Positions 50,175 to 62,948 of a DNA stretch of 64,000 nt are shown piece by piece (positions within the stretch are counted from its first letter, which is position 1; each line of letters opens with the position of its first letter). The stretch is from Veleropilina oligotropha (Eukaryota), in NCBI GenBank assembly GCA_048128005.1, contig JBEUKZ010000068.1, positions 186,001 to 250,000 on the forward strand, in the 5' to 3' direction. Position numbers and translations under genes: made by a program. The notes under the pieces are model-generated. The model saw only the letters and a list, made by a program, of their open reading frames with translations, did no database searches and was not told where the DNA came from.

Positions 50175-50606
50175 ATGAAATCCATGAAATCTATGCTACT
50201 GTGCATTGTCGCGGTGTGCTGGCTAGGAGGTGTTTCTACCCAGGCGTCGACACACAACACTGCATTAATTCTGGAACATACGTGGGCAAGGTACCGAAAT
50301 CATCCCAGGTATAACGCCCGATTTGACCCCTTGCGAAGAAACCTGCTACTACGCCCGGGTAGAGACCCCACCCCTGATGTCTCCCCACCCTCGTGCCACT
50401 ACTTTATTATCGGAGAGAATGACTGTAGCCCTGCCACACCCCGAAATACTGTCACATGTGTCCAGTGTTCGACCCCCTCGTTATGTCCTGGAAAAAATGG
50501 GGAGTATTATACCATGGTGTCTGGCTGCTTCGGTATGTGGAGAAAAGTCGGGCACATCTCGCCCTGTAATTGTACTTTAATATCGGGTAACTATATATTC
50601 ATATAA
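50175..50606 (+). CDS. Secreted cysteine-rich protein (143 aa)
   Basis: Signal-peptide-like MKSMKSMLLCIVAVCWLGGVSTQA; 8 Cys in the C-terminal half ending in CNC. Confidence 0.65.
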   Translation: MKSMKSMLLCIVAVCWLGGVSTQASTHNTALILEHTWARYRNHPRYNARFDPLRRNLLLRPGRDPTPDVSPPSCHYFIIGENDCSPATPRNTVTCVQCSTPSLCPGKNGEYYTMVSGCFGMWRKVGHISPCNCTLISGNYIFI

Positions 50607-51677
50607 ACAGCTGCTCCTGCATTAAAACATATTTTTCCGGCTTTCCCCTGCGTATATTGTACCATTCAAAGTTGGTTGAAGTTCACGCAGGGGCTGCTTC
50701 ACCTCTTTGTCTGATTGCGCTTGTAAAAAAAAAGATAAAATTGAAAAACTCGAAAAAAAAATATTCTGTTTATTATTATTATTGCTTAGTGCAATCATAG
50801 TATGTATCATTGATGTCTCTCCTGTATATTCTTGTGTACATTGTACTGTAATATTAGTTATAGTTTGTACTGCGCTTAGAGCTACACTAGGAGAGACATC
50901 AATGTATTAAATAATAATATTAATATCCCAGTCAGCCATCTACTTGGTTCATTCGTGCCCGATTTATGAATGGCAACAGTCGTTAAAAGCATGACACGCC
51001 ATTTCTATAGTACTATAGAAATGCTACCGAGTCGGCCCAGATATAAAAATTTTCTGGCTCAGTCAAGAAAGATTGACCCAGATTTCTTTTTCTGGTCCCC
51101 AAGATTCCGTTTAGCACAGAAAATAAAAATCGGTCCCCGTGTTTACATGGTGGACAGTAATCTAGTGGAGTCATTCGTCACGTGGCAATACAGCCTTCTA
51201 GAATGATCTAGAATAGACTCGATGATTCTAGAATAGACACCAAGATATCAAGCCCGAATATCACAGAGCCTGTCCGCCGACAGTCTAGACAGTTCTCGAC
51301 ACGGATACAAACATACACCAGGGCCCGGCCGGGGTAGTGGACTGTCTGTACACACGGTAAGTTTTTGTAATACAAGCCCTACCTCAGTCCCAAAATAGGG
51401 CTGGGAGCCCCCACCCCCGGGCCCCGGGGCCCTAGTCTAAACTCCCCTGCTGACTAGTCCGAGCTACCCTGAGTTCTGAAATAGGGCTGGGCGCTGTATT
51501 TTCCCATTCTAAAAAGTCTACTGACCCCCCCTGCTGCTGCTCGCATAACTGAGGAGCCCGGGCCGGCTCGGGTAGTGGGCCGTCCCCGGGGGCTCTATAT
51601 AGTCTACGTTGGGTCGGAAAAGGTGCATTCATCCCTACTCTAAGCTACCCTAGGCTCGGAACGGGTGCTGTGAGCTT

Positions 51678-51814
51678 TATTTTCCCATTCTAAAAAGTAC
51701 ACTCACCCCCCCTGCTGCTGAGTTGAGATCCATATTAATTCTGAAAAGGTGCTGGGAGCCTTAATTTCCCTCGCCGCGCCCCCACATAAAAGGTATGGTC
51801 ACCCCCCTGCTGCT
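51678..51814 (-). repeat. Right terminal inverted repeat
   Basis: Reverse complement of 35413-35550. Confidence 0.95.
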
Positions 51815-53635
51815 ATTCCTGTGCTCCTAAATGTATTAATTTATTGAAGATGAAGAAGTATGCAGTGGAGCATTGATTCTTATCATTGCATAACACGTGT
51901 CCGTTTCCAGTTGATTGCAAGGCAGAATTTAAATAAGGTCCAGTGTAGCACATTTGATAAATGTGATCCAAAAGCGACAACATTTATTAAATGTGTTCCA
52001 ACTACGATGGCATGAATCGTTGCTTGATGGGCCAAATGCGTTCCTGTGCTCCTAAATGTATTAATTTATAGAATAAGCATGCACTGGAGCATTGATTCTT
52101 ATCATTGCATAACATGTGTCCATTTCCAGTTGATTGCAATGCAGCATTTATATAAGGTCCAGTTGTGGCACATTTGATAAATGTGATCCAAATGCGACAA
52201 CATTTATTAAATGTGTCCAACTAGGATGGCATGAATCATTCCTGTGCTCATAAATGGATTAAATTATTGAAGATGAAGAAGTACGCAGTGGAGCATTGAT
52301 TCTTATCATTGCATAACACGTGTCCATTTCCAGTTGATTGCAATACAGTATTTATATAAGGTCCAGTTGTAGCACATTTGGTAAATGTGATCCAAAAGCG
52401 ACAACATTTATTAAATGTGTTCCAACTAGGATGGCATGAATCGTTGCTTGATGGGCAAAATGCATTCCTGTGCTCCTAAATGTATTAATTTATGGAATAA
52501 GTATGGCATGAATCGTTGCTTGATGGGCCAAATGCGTTCATGTGCTCCTAAATGTATTAATTTATAGAATAAGTATGCACTGGAGCATTGATTCTTATCA
52601 TTGGATAACATGTGTCCATTTCCAGTTGATTGCAATGCAGAATTTAAATAAGGTCCAGTTGTGGCACATATGATAAATGTGATCCTTATCATTGCATAAC
52701 ACGTGTCCATTTCCAGTTGATTGCAATACAGTATTTATATAAGGTCCAGTTGTAGCACATTTGATAAATGTGATCCAAATGCAACAACATTTATTAAATG
52801 TGTTCCAACTAGGATGGCATGAATGCATTGATGTGCTCCTAAATGGATTAATTTATTGAAGATGAAGAATTATGCAGTGGCGCATTGATTGTTATCATTG
52901 CACAACATGTGTCCATTTCCAGTTGATTGTAATACAGCATTTAAATAAGGCCCAGTTGTAGCACATTTGGTAAATGTGATCCAAAAGCGACAACATTTAT
53001 TAATTGTGTTCCAACTAGGATGGCATGTATCGTTGCTTGATGGGCCAAATGCGTTCCTGTGCTCCTAAATGTATTAATTTATAGAATAAGTATGCACTGG
53101 AGCATTGATTCTTATCATTGCATAACATGTGTCCATTTCCAGTTGATTGCAATGTAGGACTTAAATAAGGTCCAGTTGTAGCACATTATGATAAATGTGA
53201 TCCAAATGCGACAACATTTATTAAATGTGTTCCAACTAGGATGGCATGAATCGTTGCTGTGCTCCTAAATGGATTAATTTATTGAAGATGAAGAAGTATG
53301 CCGTGGAGCATTGATTCTTATCATTGCATAACACGTGTCCATTTCCAGTTGATTGCAATGCATCATTTATATAAGGTCCAGTTGTAGCACATTTGGTAAA
53401 TGTGATCCAAAAGCGACAACATTTATTAAATGGGTTCCAACTAGGATGGCATGAATCGTTGCTTGTTGGGTCAAATGCGTTCCTGTGTTCATAAATGGAT
53501 TACATTTATTGAAGTATGCAGTGGAGCATTGATTCATATCATTGCATAACATGTGTCCATTTCCCATTGATTGCAATCCAGCAATTAAAATAGGTTGGAG
53601 TTGTAGCACATTTGATAAATGTGATCCCAACTAGG
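51815..53635. repeat. ~205-220-bp satellite, right part
   Basis: gagcattgattcttatcattgcataaca...ccaactaggatggcatg units continuing the array at 34987-35412. Confidence 0.93.
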
Positions 53636-53639
53636 AGTA

Positions 53640-54445
53640 TTATGAGTATTAAGAGTATTGTATATGGGAATTAGGGTTTAGGATTATATTACATGGCCAT
53701 TAGGGTCAGGGTTAGGGTATTCAGGGTTAGCTAACCCTAAAATGGGGACCATTAAATCTGCAAGTGCCCCTTTAATATTTCCACCAAATACGGACATTAC
53801 CTTACAATATGGGAATTAGGGTTTAGGAGTATATTATATGTGCATTAGGGTTTATGAGTATATAACATGGGCATTAGGGTTTAGGAGTATATTATATGGG
53901 CATTAGGGTTTAGGAGTATATTACATGTGCATTAGGGTCAGAGTTAGGGTAAGCAGGGTTAGCTAACCGTATACTGGGGACCATTAAATCTGCAAGTGCC
54001 CCCTTTAGTATATTCACCGAATACGGACATTACCTTACAATATAGGCATTAGGGTTTAGGAGTATTTGACATGGGCATTAGGGTTTAGGATTATAATACA
54101 TGGGTATTAGGGTTTAGGAGTATATTACATGGGCATTAGGGTTTAGGGGTACATTACATGGACATTAGGGTAAGGGTTAGGGGAGGCAGGGTTAGCCAAA
54201 ACTATATGGGATTAGGGTTTAGGAGCATATTATATGGGCATTAGGGTTTAGGAGTATATTACATGGGCATTAGGGTTTAGGAGTATATTACATGGGCATT
54301 AGGGTTTAGGAGTATATTACATGAGCATTCGGGTTTAGGAGTATATTACATGGGCATTAGGGTCAGGGTTAGGGTAAGCAGGGTTAGCTAACCCTATATG
54401 GGCATCATGGTTTAGGAGTATATTATAGAGCATTAGGGTTTAGAA
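53640..54445. repeat. 29-bp TTAGGG-containing tandem repeat with larger sub-blocks
   Basis: gggcattagggtttaggagtatattacat units, with interspersed attagggtcagggttaggg. Confidence 0.88.
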
Positions 54446-54519
54446 GCTTCTGATGTGTGCATAGAACCATCTACCACTATCGCCCAAAACGATTATAAAT
54501 TGTTATTGGATAGAATATC

Positions 54520-56170
54520 TGATGTGTAAAAAGGCATCATGGCATATAGCATGTTACAAAGAGACCACTGTGCTAAAGCAAGCTCAACAAATCACTGCTA
54601 ACTTCATGGGACCAGACAAAAAAAACTGTCATTACTTTAAAAATGGCTCTTTACGAAAGGGCACGAATGTTGGAACTTATGCACCCTGGGTTTAAAGATA
54701 TGTTTGTCTTTCGTGTAAGAGAATTCCATACTGTTCTTTGCGTTCTTCGTGCAATTGGTATTTCTATTGAAAATAGCGGCATTGACGACGCACGGATTGC
54801 TTCTGACATTTATGGTCCAAATAAGGTGAGGCAAATCTTGAAAGCAAAACACATGAAGAGATCCGTAAATGATCATGTCACAACACTGCTTGTTTTCTTC
54901 AAACTGTACTACGCAGCTGTCCTTGGGGAGAAGCCTGGCCTGTTGGATAACTGTGCACCTCACATAGAAAGTAGCATAGCAGCAGCAGCAGCAAAATCTA
55001 TCAAGATGCTCGAAGATCCGCAAGAACTTCAACAACATCACGCTGCACTGATTGATGCCACCCATATGGATGACTTTGACCAATGGAATGACTCGCCAAC
55101 ATTCATTTGACCAATGGAGTGACTCGCCAACATTCAAATTCGCACGTAACTACATGAAATCAAGGGTGGGATCACTGGCATACCACAAAGTCAGCAGCAT
55201 TGGCTAGATTTTTTCTGGCAGCCCCCGAGTAACCCGACTGACTGAGCAAGTCTACGAAATGGCCAACACTACACTTCAAAAAGGGATGAGACACCACGAA
55301 CTGTCAGAGGCTGTGATTAAACGTCAGGCATGCAACGTACAGAGGAATGCAATCCCTTCGTACAGAAGAGTGGTGACCTGGTTAACATTAGCACGCATGC
55401 AGTAATGCTAGACAATGTCAAAGAGGATATCATCAGAAGTCATGAAGCTGGAAAAGAACGATATCTTCTATTTGTAGAGAACCGTGTTGTTTGAACAGCC
55501 AGTTTCTGGGACAAAGTGACAAAGTTGAAACTACTGAAATGGGAGTCAGCCTTTTAAACCATGAAGATAAAATTACCCTCGCAGGTATTTGAACTGAAAC
55601 AAGACGGGTCTCTCTTTGCAAGTTTACTAATTTTTGCACGATCTCGTGCTGATATGAATCTCAAAAGAAGCAATCGGAATGTATGAAGGTATGCATTCCA
55701 AGGTCGCTCTTTTCCCATGAAGGGTCTGTTCTTGCCTGCCTCGATAAGAGCAAGCTTATGGCAATTCTAGAAGCATCACCACAGGATGATATAAACACCG
55801 ACAAATACACACAGACAAGTACACAGAAAGACGCTCACCAACAGGATGCCAGGAAAGTTCTCATTATTGATGGTATGGCTGTGGTACAAGAACTGTCAAT
55901 GTTGTCTCCGAATACATGTGCAGAATTTTCAGATTATTTCACTCGCACGATTGCAAAGCGACCATTACATTCCTGTGGTTCTGATTCACCACCAACACCA
56001 GAAGCTATTGTAGAGCTGGTAAAATGTGCTTCATCTCTGTGCTCATGTAGGAAACATGGTCTAGCATGTAATGAAATGTGCGCGTGCGAACAGAGGATGC
56101 AACTTGTCTCAACTCGTCTCAGGAATTATTCCCTTCAGAGGAAGAATCGGACGAAGATATCTAAGATGAA
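54520..56170 (+). pseudogene. Degenerate large DNA-transposon ORF, probably Academ-like
   Basis: FHTVLCVLRAIG..IENSGIDDA..IYG...ILKAKHMKR, IIDGMAVVQ and terminal CSCRKHGLACNEMCAC; many stops and deletions. Confidence 0.6.
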
Positions 56171-57960
56171 TGTTGCCTATCCAAATATTGTAACTACATA
56201 ATATGACCTACATAGTAACTATTGTGAATATACTTTCACTTAAGTATAATTTATTTAACAGAAACATGTTTGTTTGGTTTGGATCGATGCTTCTTAATAT
56301 CCTGCATATAACCTTCGGGATCAATCCAAGACATGCCTTACTATTTCGGGAGGAAAACCATCCCTCTCCGGTCAGTTTTGGACAATTTGCACTGGTAACT
56401 GAAATAATATTGCAATTGCTCTGATCGAGATTCGAATGCACTGCTGTTAGACATGACAGGGAAACCAGAACTCTGAATCGGCACTGGAGACCTCACTGCA
56501 ACCACGTGAACACATTGTTCGCAGCTGCGAATTTTGTGATTTTCGTTCATGAGCATGGCTTGTTTCGTCTATATCTACACCAAACATACATGCAACAACA
56601 CCAGACCTGCTGTATTAGATATATTTCACAACGATCTTTAATTTGATATGCACCTTTGCCTATGTTTCAAGTAAATTTACAAAATGTATCCTTACATTTA
56701 TTTATTTTTTCGCAAATATACAATAATCATTAGCATATTCAAAATATCGTTCAAATACATAAGAAAAAAATGACACCATGTTTTTTTGCATCTATACACT
56801 ATAAAGAACGAAATAATACCAATGGCGAAGAATTAACAAACAAATCCCACGGGAATACATATGACCCTACACTAGATGCAATAAAGAAAGAGGATATATA
56901 AAGCGTGATAGGATGCAGAGTTGGCATGGCTGGTGTGTAATGTGTGGGGTATATGTTTTATCACATGTCTCTACATGTATCCCCTTGTGTTCAGGTCATC
57001 GCCTAGTTTGCAGACCCTAGGGAGCACAGACATTGATTTGGGGCGCAATTCGGTAGGGTGGTGTAGATGCAAGTATGCATTACTACGCCCACGCAAGCAA
57101 CGTTTGAGTAGTAGTATCTAGTATTACCCACTTCGGTTCGTATTTTCATTTCCAGGCATTAACTGAAATGGAATTAAATTATATTTGTTATGAAAGTGAA
57201 TGGTGAACATTTCTATGTGGAGTTCGATTGAGGTAAACGTCCGACGTCACTTACGAGAGTTGGCCCTTTATTCATTGATAAAATTATATATCACATACAA
57301 GTGAAGACATAGTAATGCAGTTTTATTTTGTTTTGTCTTTTGTGATAAATAGTGATAAAATATATGCAGTATGCTCTATTCTAGTTTAATGCAAATAAAC
57401 CAGCATATTAATTAGTCTGTCCAAAACAACTGTCTCTCTGCCAGAAAACTGCACCGGCTGGTGAATTGAAATAATCTTTAAGGCCCGTATGATCGAAGCA
57501 GGTTTAAACCTGGATTCAGCCCAAACTGGGTCTAAATCGAGTGGTAGACGTGGTGTCGTATGATCGAAAGCAGTTTGGTTTAATCCCAGTCTAAACCTGG
57601 TTCCAAATGGCAGTTTAGGTAGATCTGCAAGGGAGGTAGTTTAACGTGTAGGTTAACAGAGACATTGTATTGAACATATTTTTAAATGAGATTCTAGAAC
57701 AAAAAGGAAAATATACTAAAGAGATAAAGAAACGCGAGTTAACAAAAAAGGCAATTTTTGTGTAGCCGATTATCGGTAAATTTTTAAACTCTGTTAAAAT
57801 ACTATTTGAGGGCACGTCGTCCTTACGTCGATCATTCCCTCACTCCTCAACGTTGCGGGAGTCGTGGGACTTGGTTGGCGGCACATGCACCCAGAATATT
57901 TTCAATGATATGACGCATTTTCACAGATGACTCACGTTTCACTCTCGATGTCGCGCATAC

Positions 57961-58262
57961 TGGTGTAACAGGCCAATATATATATATATCCCCTGCCTAA
58001 ATTATCCTCCAGGTAAAGTGGTCTAGGCTGTTTTATACCCCGGGTATGTTCTGGGCTAGCCCAATTTACACCCCATGTGTTATTTAGACTAGGATATTAC
58101 ATACCCACCCACCTAGGACATAATAAACCCTTCTAACAGGCCAAGATCTACTCCTGCCCAAAATAACACAAGGGTATAAACTGGGCTAACCCAAAACAGA
58201 AAACAGCCTAGGCCACTTTAGCTGGGGGATAATTTAGGCAGGGGTATATATTGGCGTGTTAC
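57961..58262. mobile_element. MITE A with ~65-bp TIRs
   Basis: gtaaca.gccaatata...cccctgcctaaattatcc pairs with ggataatttaggcagggg.tatattggc.tgttac. Confidence 0.8.
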
Positions 58263-58693
58263 GTAATAGGCTGCAATAGCCCCCCGTCAAAGTGTACCCC
58301 GGGGTATAAACCATTCTGTGCTATTTTATACCCCGATACGACAATAAAGCTGAAGGTATTATCACATTGCAATATGATATTTATTTTGCTACCAGGCTGC
58401 AGACGCGCGGCCTGTTGTTGATTTTCTATGATGCAGAACATTGAATACTAAACTAGTACAGATTAATTTATGAAGAAATACAAGGGGGTATACTCTGGAT
58501 AGATGGGATTTAGTCTGGCCGGGGGGGTGTAATCTTGATGGGTGGGGTTTAGTCTGGCCAAAGGGTGTAATCTTGACTGGTGGGGTTTAATCAGGCCAAG
58601 GTCCAAAGCATACCGCGGGGTATAAAATATCCCAGGCTGGTTTATACCCAAGGGTAGACTTTGACGGGGGGCTATTGTGGCCTATTACACCGG
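58263..58693. mobile_element. MITE B with ~40-bp TIRs, abutting MITE A
   Basis: gtaataggc...aatagccccccgtcaaagt.taccc pairs with gggta.actttgacggggggctatt...gcctattac. Confidence 0.8.
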
Positions 58694-58879
58694 CATCGTG
58701 GATACTGTTTCGACGACGCTTGCGTTATTTTGAGAAGAATAGGTAAGGGATGGGTCAATTATGGTGTAGAGAGGAATCTCTCATGGAGTAAAAACACCTT
58801 TCGTGGAGGTAGCGGGCAATTTAACAGCTGTAAGGAAAAATGATGACATCCCGGCATGTCGTGGTCCCCATTGTGCAAC

Positions 58880-59165
58880 AACGTCAAATGATTTTACAGC
58901 AAAATTATCACGAGCCCATGTAGATGAGTTCATCGAGACTTTCTGGCTAACCACATCATTTAATGTAATTCCCGTAATCTAACATTTATGGGACGAACTG
59001 GACATCTTCTGTCGGGGTCGGAATTCTTCCAACCCTTTCCTACCCCCGCCACTCTCAATTAATTAAGAAGTGCCTTTTGGGAGAGTGGAACAACATTCAA
59101 GTTAAGAAGATCAATGTGTTGATGAACTCCGTGAACACGAGAGTGGGTCATACCATAATACTGAC
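58880..59165 (+). pseudogene. Possible Tc1/mariner transposase 3' remnant
   Basis: Short HLWDEL and GHT-like stretches; heavily degraded. Confidence 0.35.
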
Positions 59166-60059
59166 CTGACACGCTATTTATTTACCGATTTTGATGTGTA
59201 CCGCTCATTGCGATTTAATTACTGTGAAATTACAGGTGAACAACTAAGCCTAATGATATTTGCTCATTAATAAGGGTACTTCTTTTATCCTATGAAAAAT
59301 ATTGTAAACTCCATTACGGCATTAAAGTTTAATAAGAACACAATAGTAATGTCTTTCATAAAGAAAATGGACACATCACACAATTAATTAAAGTACCGCA
59401 AAATATTACAATCCGCCTGTCTGGTGGGGGCATAAATAATATCATTATTATGCCCCCACAAATCTATTGGGGGGGGGGGGTGTATTAAGATTTACTCTTG
59501 TCCGTCTGTCCATCCCATCCCGAAAACCAGTATTTGCGTGCGAGTAACTCCATTCTGCTATAACTTTCATCTGCCTTCATGGATTGACTTGATACTTCGT
59601 ACACTTGCATATCATCATTCATACTTCACTTCTGCGACCCACATATGTCGCCCCTATGCCCAAGGTGAAGGTCAAATGACTTATAGCTCTTCGGACCAGT
59701 ATTTGGGTGCGACATAAAACTTCATGTGTGTATGCAACATCCTGTTGCTGGTTCAAACGCTTTTGTGGAGGCATATGCTCACTCCTGTGATAGTTATAGT
59801 TAATAATATTATCATTATCATACCTACATACTCATCTCATTGCGTGTTCAATACATTGTTAGCATGCAAATAACCATCATGTACCACTGCCATAATATAC
59901 TTGTGTGTTACGTAATTTTCGACGGAGGAGATAGCTGTACATAAGATGCCACTTTTGTTGCTAGATCCTCCGATTGTACATATTGTAATGTAAATTTTAA
60001 ATGTAATAAAAACCGCCATTTTAGAGGTACAGAATGACATCCTTCAATCTCTTCATCAG

Positions 60060-60300
60060 AAGTCAATGGTTGCCCTCGAAATGCTTGATCTAAGTGGAGC
60101 TTATGATACAATAGACCACCAAATTCTGTTTAATCGCCTAAACGTCTACTTTGGTATCAACCATTCAGCTCTTACATGGATTAAGTCGTATCTGCATGAG
60201 CGAAAACAAACCGTTATCATAAATGGCATAACATGTGACCCTGCTTCCCTTCCGTACGGTGTGCCACAAGGTTCTGTTTTAGGTCCGCTGTCGTTTATTC
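60060..60300 (+). pseudogene. LINE (CR1/L2 group) RT fragment
   Basis: LDLSGAYDTIDH, WIKSYL and GVPQGSVLGP. Confidence 0.85.
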
Positions 60301-61225
60301 ATGTCCAATTTATCAAAAAGCGCTAAACGACAGCGGACATGAATACAGGCTTCATTACGAACCATCTCAACCGAAAACAGGAAACGAAATATAATATGGT
60401 ACAACCCTCCGTACGACAAAAACGTGAAAACCAACGTAGGAAAGGAATTTTTCAAAATAATAATTAAATGTTTCCCGCCAAATAATAAACTCCACAAAAT
60501 ATTCAACAAAAACACTGTAAAGATCTCATACAGTTGCATGCCGAACGTGAAATCAATAATCGAAGGAAACAATAGAAAGTTGCTAACGAGCATCAACGAA
60601 ACTGAAAATGAGGAAAAGTGTAACTGCACGAGAAAAGCCACATGCCCGCTAGAAGGAAGATATTGTATATCAAGCCACAGTTACCTGTGGAGATGTTGGA
60701 GAAACCTATGTCGGATTAACAGCCACCTCTTTCAAATCACGGTTAGCGAACCACAAGGCTACATTCAAATCAGAATCGAAACGCAACTCAACGGAACTTA
60801 GCAAACACATATTGAACTTGCAGGACAGTAAATTAAATTATGTAATTAAATGGAAAATACTATGCCGAGCCCCGCACTACTCAAACACTACTAAGAAATG
60901 CAACTTGTGTTTAGCAGAGAAATTTATTATTTTATGTAAGCCCAGAGTAGCAACGTTGAACAAACGAAATGAACTAATCAATAAATGCAGGCATAAAGAT
61001 AAATTTTTACTGAGAAGCGTCGAGTGAATTAATTCGGAATGTGCATTGACTTATATCAACTTCTATTTGTACATTAGATGCAATAATTTTATGACGTCAT
61101 CCTATATATTATGACGTTTTATTACCGTTGCCTATCTGTAGATCGCTCTGATTTATGCACTGAGGAGTGTAGGTTCTGCCTATACGAAACAGATCTGTAT
61201 GCAGTAAATAGGAGTCAAAAGTTTT
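60300..61225 (+). mobile_element. Penelope-like retroelement 3' fragment (linker and GIY-YIG endonuclease, frameshifted) with 3' flank
   Basis: IWYNPP, KIFNKNTVKISYSCMPN, CNC..CPL, YVG, RLANH and CNLCLAEK. Confidence 0.85.
61156..61203 (+). ncRNA. Minimal type I hammerhead ribozyme
   Basis: UGCA-CUGAGGA-GUGUAGG(uucug)CCUAUAC-GAAAC-AGAUCU-GUA-UGCA: both core boxes, stems I-III and a GUA cleavage triplet. Confidence 0.85.
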
Positions 61226-61241
61226 AACGTGTCCAGTCATT

Positions 61242-61244
<3 letters not shown>

Positions 61245-61298
<54 letters not shown>

Positions 61299-61355
61299 TA
61301 TATGTACATATATATGTATACTAGTATGTACATGTGTGTGTGTGCTCGGGGGCGC

Positions 61356-61404
<49 letters not shown>

Positions 61405-61412
61405 TGCGTGCG
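61245..61412. repeat. Compound microsatellite (TA)n, (TG)n, (TGCG)n
   Basis: Directly visible. Confidence 0.95.
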
Positions 61413-61761
61413 TAAGGTGCCAATTGAGGACATCCATTTTGATACACACCTTTCCTTTGCGGACACACCTCCAACTGAGGACGTCCTCATTTGATTTTTG
61501 CTGCAAATTCGTATTCAGCGCGTTTCTGTGATCACCATGAGATGATTCTCAAGTGAATTCGGCATAAAGTGTTTTTTACCTCATTTGATATGTGTTACAC
61601 ACGGGGAGATAATTCATGCTGCAGTCTAAGTCTCGTGTGTATCTGGTGTCTTCATTTCCTAACGAGAATACGAGCCACGTACATGGACAGGAAAGAAAAT
61701 CTTCGCGGTTGGTAAGTCCCATTAAACCGTAGTGTTTTGTTATTTGGTCTCATTATATATA

Positions 61762-62013
61762 CTAGCTATGGTACCCGTCTTCGCCGGGCAAGTCCCCCCA
61801 CACCATTTTTTTTTTTTTTTTTTTGGATAGTGCTCCCTTAAATATTTTTTTTTCCCGAATTTTCCGAATTTTTTTCGTGGTAAACCTTCCTTGGGGGACC
61901 CCGATTAACCCCCCAAAGTTTGAAGGTCGTAGGTCAAAGCGTCTGGGAGGAGTACAACTTGAAACAGACACACACACACACACACATACAATTATAGCTC
62001 CATTATATTAAGA
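61762..62013 (-). mobile_element. Non-autonomous Helitron (~250 bp)
   Basis: Minus strand reads A|TC...cccggcgaagacggg hairpin...CTAG|T. Confidence 0.7.
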
Positions 62014-62063
62014 TTTATTGCTCCGAGTAAACAAGATCTTTTCAGAAAACAATGCTAGCCGTT

Positions 62064-62948
62064 AAGTTCTACTAGTATAAAATTGAAGTTTTACAAAGTG
62101 TTCTTGATTCGCCACCATATTTTATGAAGTCATGTCTCCGATGGAGTTGGTAGCTAATGATCAAAATGACTTTAAACTGTTTGGGATATTTTTCATCAAC
62201 GTATGCTACTGTTTTCATTCTTTGAAGCTCTTTAAACAAAAATCATGATTCTTTTGTCTCACGTAATTTACAGTATCGAACATGTTTACATTTATTTATA
62301 GTTTCGCGCCAAATAATAGTCCGCAAATGACAGGTGTGTATGAAAGCCAATGTCCTCAATTGACAATTTTGACAATGCGAAGCCGAATCTACTGCCGCAT
62401 TTAAAACTAGTGTCTTATCATATGTCGGTAGACTAATCAGTTAATGTATTAATGATATCAAATACTATGAACACCTATCAATATTGATATTTAAAAACAG
62501 TTCTACTAGTAATAAGTATAAAATTGAAGTTTACAAAGTGTTCTTCATTCGCCGCCATATTTTATGCAGTCATGTCTCCGATGGAGTTGATTGTCGTTGT
62601 GCTAATGATCAGAATGAATTTAAACTGTTTAGCATATTTGTTCATAGATGTATGCTACTGTTTTCATTCTTTGAAGCTCTTTAAACAAAAATCATGATTA
62701 TTTTGTCTCACGTAATTTACAGTATCGAACATTTTTACATTTATCTATAGTTTCGAGCCAAATAATGGTCCGCAAATGACAGGTGTGTATGAAAGCCAAT
62801 GTCCTCAATTGACAATTTTCACAATGGAAGCCGAATCTACCGCCGCATTTAAAACTAGTGTCTTATCATCTGTCGGTAGATTAATCAGTTAATGGATTAA
62901 TGATATCAAATACTATGAACATCTATCAATATTGATATTTAAAAACAA
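62064..62948. repeat. Tandem duplication of a ~440-bp unit
   Basis: agttctactagt...aatattgatatttaaaaaca occurs twice with modest divergence. Confidence 0.9.

Larger units (their letters stand above)
35413..51814. mobile_element. Complete endogenous Polinton/Maverick-like (adintovirus/PLV-like) element, 16,402 bp
   Basis: TIRs 5'-AGCAGCAG...CTGCTGCT-3'; ATTCC TSD at 35408-35412 and 51815-51819; dense intronless GC-richer ORFs for integrase, PolB-helicase, ATPase and capsid-like proteins. Confidence 0.95.

Noticed and set aside
50707..51206. Short ORFs in the AT-rich right end of the element
   Set aside because: Short, no motifs, one lacks an ATG start; cannot be supported as genes
53640..54445. 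True telomere
   Set aside because: TTAGGG is embedded in 29-bp units rather than a pure array, and unique sequence continues afterwards
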